Below are positions 57,455-64,000 of a DNA stretch of 64,000 nucleotides, in pieces (position 1 is the stretch's first letter; each line of letters starts with the position of its first letter). Source of the stretch: the human T2T-CHM13v2.0 reference genome, Homo sapiens. The notes beneath the pieces are model-generated. The model saw only the letters and a program-made list of their open reading frames with translations. It did not search any database and had not been told where the DNA came from. A program made the position numbers and the translations under genes. The stretch lies in the NCBI RefSeq assembly GCF_009914755.1, contig NC_060944.1; one strand, given 5' to 3'.

Positions 57455-58662
57455 AGAATATTGTTTTAAATGTCTTTGCTTATACAAGTGATATTACAGA
57501 TCTTTGTTGCTATACAAAATGCATTGGATTTTTTATTGGAATTGTATCATCTCGATAATTTGAGGATTGTGGCCATCTTTACAATGTTTCATCTGCTTAT
57601 CTAGAATATGAAATAGGGGTTTATATAGTTTTATTTAAGGTTTTATACATCATTTATTGATTCTATTGAAATACTTGTTTTTCATTGTAACTAGAAATTC
57701 TTTTAAAAATGTTTAAATAAACATATGTTTTGCTGGTATACAAGAATGTTTGTTGATATTTACTTAGTACGTGGCGACTTAATCCTTTTAGTTATAAGAT
57801 TCATGACATAGAATCTTAGTTTTTAGAGGATTTACTGACTTAGATATTTTTAGAAAAGGCCAGCATATAATCATAGCATGAAAGAACTGACCAGAAATAG
57901 TTTTGTGACCTGTGTAGGCCACTTGGAGACTGACCCAGCCACACAGAGTGCACAGAGGGTCATGTCTAATTGTGGTCTCTGGTGCTCGTAATACTTTAAT
58001 TCAAAAGAAATGTTTTGATGGCCTACACTGGAGTGTGTTAAGCCACCAGATTCCGGTGCTTTCGTGGGGGTGATATCAGGGCAAGGCTCATTTAAACACT
58101 TCAGTATTTGTCTCCAAAGCATGAGGATAATTGCCCAGGCATCCAAGATGACAAGTTTGCATTTAAAAAAGTAACAGGGATTCTGTAACAGTATCTGTTA
58201 CTACAGTGCCTATCAGGACTTAGCCACCCTCCCAATAACAACAGGTCAGGATTCAGTTGGTTGGTAACGTATCTGTAATTACTTTTTGCTTTAGAACAGA
58301 CCCCCTTTTCACCCTCAATATTGACTTTTTTGGAGAGTGCTAGAGCATTGTCTTATAAGAATCCCCACACTGTCTATGTGGTTGTTTCCTCTTGCTATCC
58401 TATAACTAGTTTCTCTATAATATATAGTTTCTGTAAACAGAAGTTAGGCCTAGGGCCTGAATATATTCAGGTTAGCATCTTTGCAGGAATATTCATAAGG
58501 TAGATGTACTTCATGGCACATCACATTAGGGGTCCGTATGTCAAGATATTTCATTTTATTGTAAGCATTTCTATGTATTTTTATAGTATGTATAGGAATG
58601 ATTAAATATGAGCTAAATAGTAGCCAATTCTTTTGAATATTCTCATTTTGTCTCTGGGATAG

Positions 58663-58845
<183 letters not shown>

Positions 58846-60374
58846 TAAAAGGAAACAAAATTTACAACAAACCTTTTGATATTAAAAAGCACCACTCCCA
58901 TGCTGAAACTGTAAAATTCTACAAGCAATTTCAGGCATTATAAAAATTATAATCTATTTTTAACCTATTTCAGGTAATTTTAGCCGTCTTTTAAATCTAC
59001 AAAGAGCTGTTGCCGGTCACACCATTGAAAGCCGAGGACGCACATAAAAGGGAGCTCATTTTGCCATGTGGGAGACTTAGCCTATTTGCCGCCTCCACTG
59101 GGAGGGGCTTACAGAAAGAGCCATCAGCCAGAGGGCTCCTACAGAGTCATGGGGCTTCTGCTCCCCAGGGCGCCAAGCGCCTGCTGCCTCATGGGTAGAC
59201 AAGGTTAGAGAACACATTCCAGCTAATCTGCTGGGGTGTGGATAGGAGACTTTCCGTGGAACCTTACACAGCCGAGCCTTTGTGTTTCACTATTTCAGGA
59301 TGCAAACTGAGCAAGGAACTGATACCAGGGCCAGCACGACAGCAAAACCTCCTAATGTTTTAAAATTTAAACGGCTCACACAGAAATGAGAGTTCCAATT
59401 GATTTTATTTAAAATAAAACTATCAGGATGCTCTCTGATCATTTAGAAAATTTGGAAAATGCAAAAAATAATAGGAAGGGAAAAGTTTTGCATAGTCTTA
59501 CAAAAAAAAAAAAAAGTTTTGCAAAAAGTTTTACATTTTGGCAAATCTCTTCCAGAAAGGTTTTTTGATTTATTAGGAATCACCTATGAAATGATTACAC
59601 TTTGCTTTGGTCTCTACTAAGTACAGGTTCTAAGAACTAGACACGGTTCTTGAAATTTGATAATGAGCAACAATAGGACATGCAAAACGGTTAATTAGGG
59701 AAGGTTTGGCAGAGGGTGATGTCTGTGCTTGGCCTTCAAGGGCAAAAAGGAGTTCCCTAAAGAGAGAAGAAAGGGGAGAAAAGTACCAGCAGTGGCAGGA
59801 CATAAATCAAAATGCGTGTTCCCCGTGTAGTCAGAGTTGGGACTGATGGGAGAAACTACTGGTATGTAGGTTAGAATTGGGTTTATCATGTAGGCTGGGG
59901 AGAGCTATCAGATGCTTTAAATAAAAGATACAGTGCCTGTGTATCCTGGATAAGCCTGGTTGTCGTCGGGTGGAGGGTGAATCTGTCAAATGCGTGCTCT
60001 GAAAGTCTCATCAGAATAACCTTTTAAGTAACTGCCGCCCTTGGCGGGGAGGGCACCAGCTTCCAGAGCCTTAGCAGAGTTTGGGAAGGCAGGGGCATCT
60101 TCGGGGTATTTATGAGACTTTTTGAGGGTCTGGTTGAAACGAGCCGTTCCCTGTGGGGTTCGTCTGGCCGATGAAGAATCATGACAATGTGGTGGGCAGT
60201 TTGGATGCTTGTTTTGAGGAGATGGCTTTGAAGAGAGTGTTAGATGATCAACAGTAATGTGATGCTTTTAGAGTTTCTGAAGTGACCCATTGAGTTACTT
60301 GCAACTTTTCTTTTCCTGGGCCAGTTTCCTATACTAGTAAATTCATGTTGGTAAAGACAGTGGAGTAGAAAACT

Positions 60375-61365
60375 CTGTGAGTGTAGACATACGTGATATG
60401 GGGTCATGTGAGTGTAGATGCGTGGTGTGGGGTGTGTAAGTTTAGACCTGCACAATATGGGGTCAAAGTGAGTGTAGACGTGTGTGGTGTGGGGTCGTGA
60501 GAGTGCGGACATGCGCAATGTGGGGTCATGTGTGGACATTTGCAGTGTGGGGTAATGTGTGTGTGGGTGTGCGCGGTGTGGGGTCATGTGAATGTGGGCA
60601 CGCGTGGTGTGGGGTCATGGGTGCTGGCGTGTGGGGGGTGTGGGCGTGCATCGTGTGGGGTCGTGTGAGTGCGGGCATGCATGGTGTGTGGTGTGAGTGT
60701 GGTCCTGCACGGTGTGGGGTCCCGTGAGTGAGGGCGTGCACGGTGTGGGGTCCTGTGAGTGCGGGTGTGCACGGTGTGGGGTCGTAAGTTCAGGCGTGCA
60801 CGGTATGGGGTTGTGTGAGTGCATGGCGTGGGGTCTTGTGAGTGCGGGCGTGCACGGTGTGGGGTCTTGAGTTCAGGCGTGCACGGTATGGGGTCGTGTG
60901 AGTGCATGGTGTGGGGTCGTCAGTGCGGGCATGCACGTTGTGGGGTCGTGTGGGTGTGCACGGTGTGGGGTCGTGAGTGCGGGCGTGCGTGGTGCGGGGT
61001 CATGTGAGTGCACGGTGTGGGGTCGTGTGAGTGTGGGCACGTGTGATGTGGGGTCATGTGAGTGCGGATGTGCACAGTGTGGGATCGTGTGAGTGCACAG
61101 TGGGTTGTGTGGACGTGCACGGTGTGGCGTCGTGAGTTCAGGCATGCAGGGTGTGGGGTCGTGTGAATGCGGGCCTGCACGGTGTGGGGTGAGTGTGGGC
61201 ACACGTGATGTGTCATGTGACTGCGGATGTGCACAGTGTGAGGTCGTGTGAATGCGGGCGTGCATGGTGTGCAGTCGTGAGTTCCGGCGTGCACGATGTG
61301 GGGTCTTGTGAGTGCGGGCGTGCATGGTGTGGGATCGTGTGAGTGAAGATATGTGTGGTGTGGGG
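60375..61365. repeat. Degenerate TG/CpG-rich minisatellite (~31-bp unit GTGTGGGGTCGTGTGAGTGCGGGCGTGCACG)
   Basis: Recurring gtgtggggtc(g/a)tgtgagt motifs over ~1 kb. Confidence 0.9.
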
Positions 61366-61484
61366 TGGACGGGTTAGCTTTCAGATTGAATGGAAGCAGG
61401 AACAAGTGGAAAGCTGTTGAAATTTTCCAGGCGAGAGATAAAGATAAAAACTAAGACACTGGCTGCTACAGTGGAGAAGATTCA

Positions 61485-62080
61485 GTGATACATAAAATGG
61501 TACAGTCCTTCTGAGGAAGGGCACGTGAGGTGTTCGTTGTGATACGTACAATGGTACAGTCCTTCTGAGGAAGGGCACGTGAGGTGTTCGTTGTGATACG
61601 TACAATGGTACAGTCCTTCTGAGGAAGGGCACGTGAGGTGTTCGTTGTGATACGTACAATGGTACAGTCCTTCTGAGGAAGGGCATGTGAGGTGTTCGTT
61701 GTGATACGTACAATGGTACAGTCCTTCTGAGGAAGGGCATGTGAGGTGTTCGTTGTGATACGTACAATGGTACAGTCCTTCTGAGGAAGGGCATGTGAGG
61801 TGTTCGTTGTGATACGTACAATGGTACAGTCCTTCTGAGGAAGGGCATGTGAGGTGTTCGTTGTGATACGTACAATGGTACAGTCCTTCTGAGGAAGGGC
61901 ATGTGAGGTGTTCGTTGTGATACGTACAATGGTACAGTCCTTCTGAGGAAGGGCATGTGAGGTGTTCGTTGTGAGACGTACAATGGTACAGTCCTTCTGA
62001 GGAAGGGCATGTGAGGTGTTCGTTGTGAGACGTACAATGGTACAGTCCTTCTGAGGAAGGGCATGTGAGGTGTTCGTTGT
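61485..62080. repeat. 54-bp VNTR, 11 near-identical copies
   Basis: gtgatacgtacaatggtacagtccttctgaggaagggca(c/t)gtgaggtgttcgtt; 18-aa periodic ORF. Confidence 0.98.
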
Positions 62081-63096
62081 CTGTGGTAGACCTGGGTCTG
62101 TGGGAGGCTCAGGATTCTGGTCCGGACTGGAGTAGAACCTGGGGAGCTATTGGCTGGCCTCTGTTATTTAAAGCCACAGAATGGATGTAAAACCAAGGAC
62201 TAGCAGTCATACTGAGACGGTGAAATGGTGGAAATTGGAACCTTAGGGAGCAGCACTGGGCTGGATGGAAGAGGAAGAGCCTGCAAGAGAAAAGAGCTGC
62301 GGAGGTCAGAGGGAGCGGCTGTGCCTTGGGCCAGGGGAGCAGTGAGCCACGTTCCTTATCCCAAGCAGACTCCTTGGAGATCTGGAGAGGCCGGAGCTGA
62401 GGGCCGGGACCCCGAGGGCCTCGGAAGGAGTTGTTTCAGCCTCTTGGGGCAACAGCCAGATCCCAGTGGCTCTGGAAGTAATCTGTCTAGATGTGAGATG
62501 ATGAAGGAAGGAAGGATGGCTGTACTTGAGGAGGGAGCCGGGTCACAGATGGGGCAAGAGGCACGATCGTGGTGTTGAGTGAAGAGAAAGGACTGAAGAC
62601 AAAGGAAGTGCCGGAGCCTGTCCTGGAGAAAGGAGAAGGGACCTCTTGTCTGTGGAGTCAGAAAAGCAGGAAAGGTTGAAGGGAGAAGGTGCTACTTACT
62701 CACTACCAGGGGCCTGGGACACAAGCCTGTTTGAGGGTTTCTGAAGAACAGTGGAGATGCTGAGATTCTGTGCAGGCCTTTCTGACTTTGGTAATAAACG
62801 TTGTGCACAACACAAGAGCTCTCCCTATAGTGCAGACTGTTATTATTTGGAGAAGTTGAGTACTGGAGGGGAAAAGTGATGCTGATTTTCAGTTTAATGT
62901 AATTTTCCCTTTGAGAAATGTTGCCTGCATGAAATCGTGAGCTTTAATTGTCAAATGTTCTTTCTCCTTGGTGTGCTTTGGAGTTTTTGTTTTTCCTGAA
63001 AAATGTTTGGATTTGCATTTCCCTACTTTAATAAAAATGGAGCAAATGTTCATTGTGTAAATAACTATGAAAATATTAACAGATAAAAGAATATTA

Positions 63097-63388
63097 GGCC
63101 GGGCACAGTGGCTCACGCCTCTAATCCCAGCGCTTTGGGAGGCTGAGGTGGGCGGATCACTTGATGTTAGGAGTTTGAGACCATCCTGGCCAACGTGGTT
63201 GAAACCCCGTCTCTACTAAAAATACAAAAATTAGCTGGGCGTGGTGGCGCATGCCTGTAATCCCAGCTACTGGGGAGGTTGAGGCGGGAGGATCACTTGA
63301 ACCCAGGAGACGGAGGTTGCAGTAAGTCGAGATCACACCCTTGCACCCCAGCCTGGGTGACAGAGTAAGACTCTGTCTCCAAAAAAAG
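63097..63388 (+). mobile_element. AluS-type element, sense, intron 5
   Basis: ggccgggcacagtggctcacgcc...gactctgtctccaaaaaaa; flanks aaagaatatt / aaagaatgtt. Confidence 0.94.
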
Positions 63389-63722
63389 AATGTTGGAGAC
63401 ATATTCACTGTATTACTAGTAGGTGGGTATTAATATACACATGAACACAGCAAATAATAGAATAATGAAACTGGGCTGTGTCAGGAAGACAAATTGTGAC
63501 CCAGGTGTTGATTCCACCACTGATTAATATAGCCAAGCAATATTGCTTCCTTTCCCTTTCAAAGTTAAGAATTGATGCATTTGGAAATATCTTTTGAAAA
63601 GTACCATATGATTGTAAATTAGAGCACTAATTGACATTTGCTTAGCATGCTCTCATATTCTTGTAACATATTCATAAATTTGCCAGTTAATTGAAATGAT
63701 GCTACGGGTCTTAGGTGTGTAG

Positions 63723-64000
<278 letters not shown>

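Noticed and set aside
59481-59532. Three AAAGTTT (MYT1-motif) copies in PCMTD2 intron 5
   Set aside because: They are embedded in poly-A/T low-complexity sequence where the motif is expected by chance.
61381-62080. CRISPR-like array or 227-aa repeat protein
   Set aside because: Head-to-tail units with no unique spacers and no cas genes, in a mammalian intron. This is a VNTR.

Overview
This is primate (human-like) genomic DNA that I recognise as the MYT1-PCMTD2 locus (chr20q13.33); both genes are on the + strand. Positions 1-~33030 hold the 3' part of MYT1, a C2HC zinc-finger neural transcription factor: 16 coding exons reconstructed from GT-AG junctions, covering zinc fingers 2-7 and the C-terminal coiled coil, a stop at 31222-31224 and AATAAA at 33005. 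A ~13.5 kb repeat-rich intergenic region follows (L1, Alu, MER44, MIR, two solo LTRs). It leads to a CpG-island/NRF1 promoter and PCMTD2 exons 1-6 (PIMT-like domain plus SOCS BC-box), which run off the right edge. Introns carry several minisatellites and an ~830 bp C/T tract. There are no CRISPR arrays, rRNA or tRNA genes, and almost all long ORFs in the track are repeat artefacts. I see no wholly new system. The best hypotheses are RNA-processing ones: an in-frame MYT1-to-PCMTD2 read-through fusion, a translatable Alu-flanked PCMTD2 exon-2 circle, complementary (GGC)8/(GCC)7 tracts bracketing PCMTD2 exon 1, modular phase-2 zinc-finger exons, and VNTRs positioned to tune splicing or enhancer activity.
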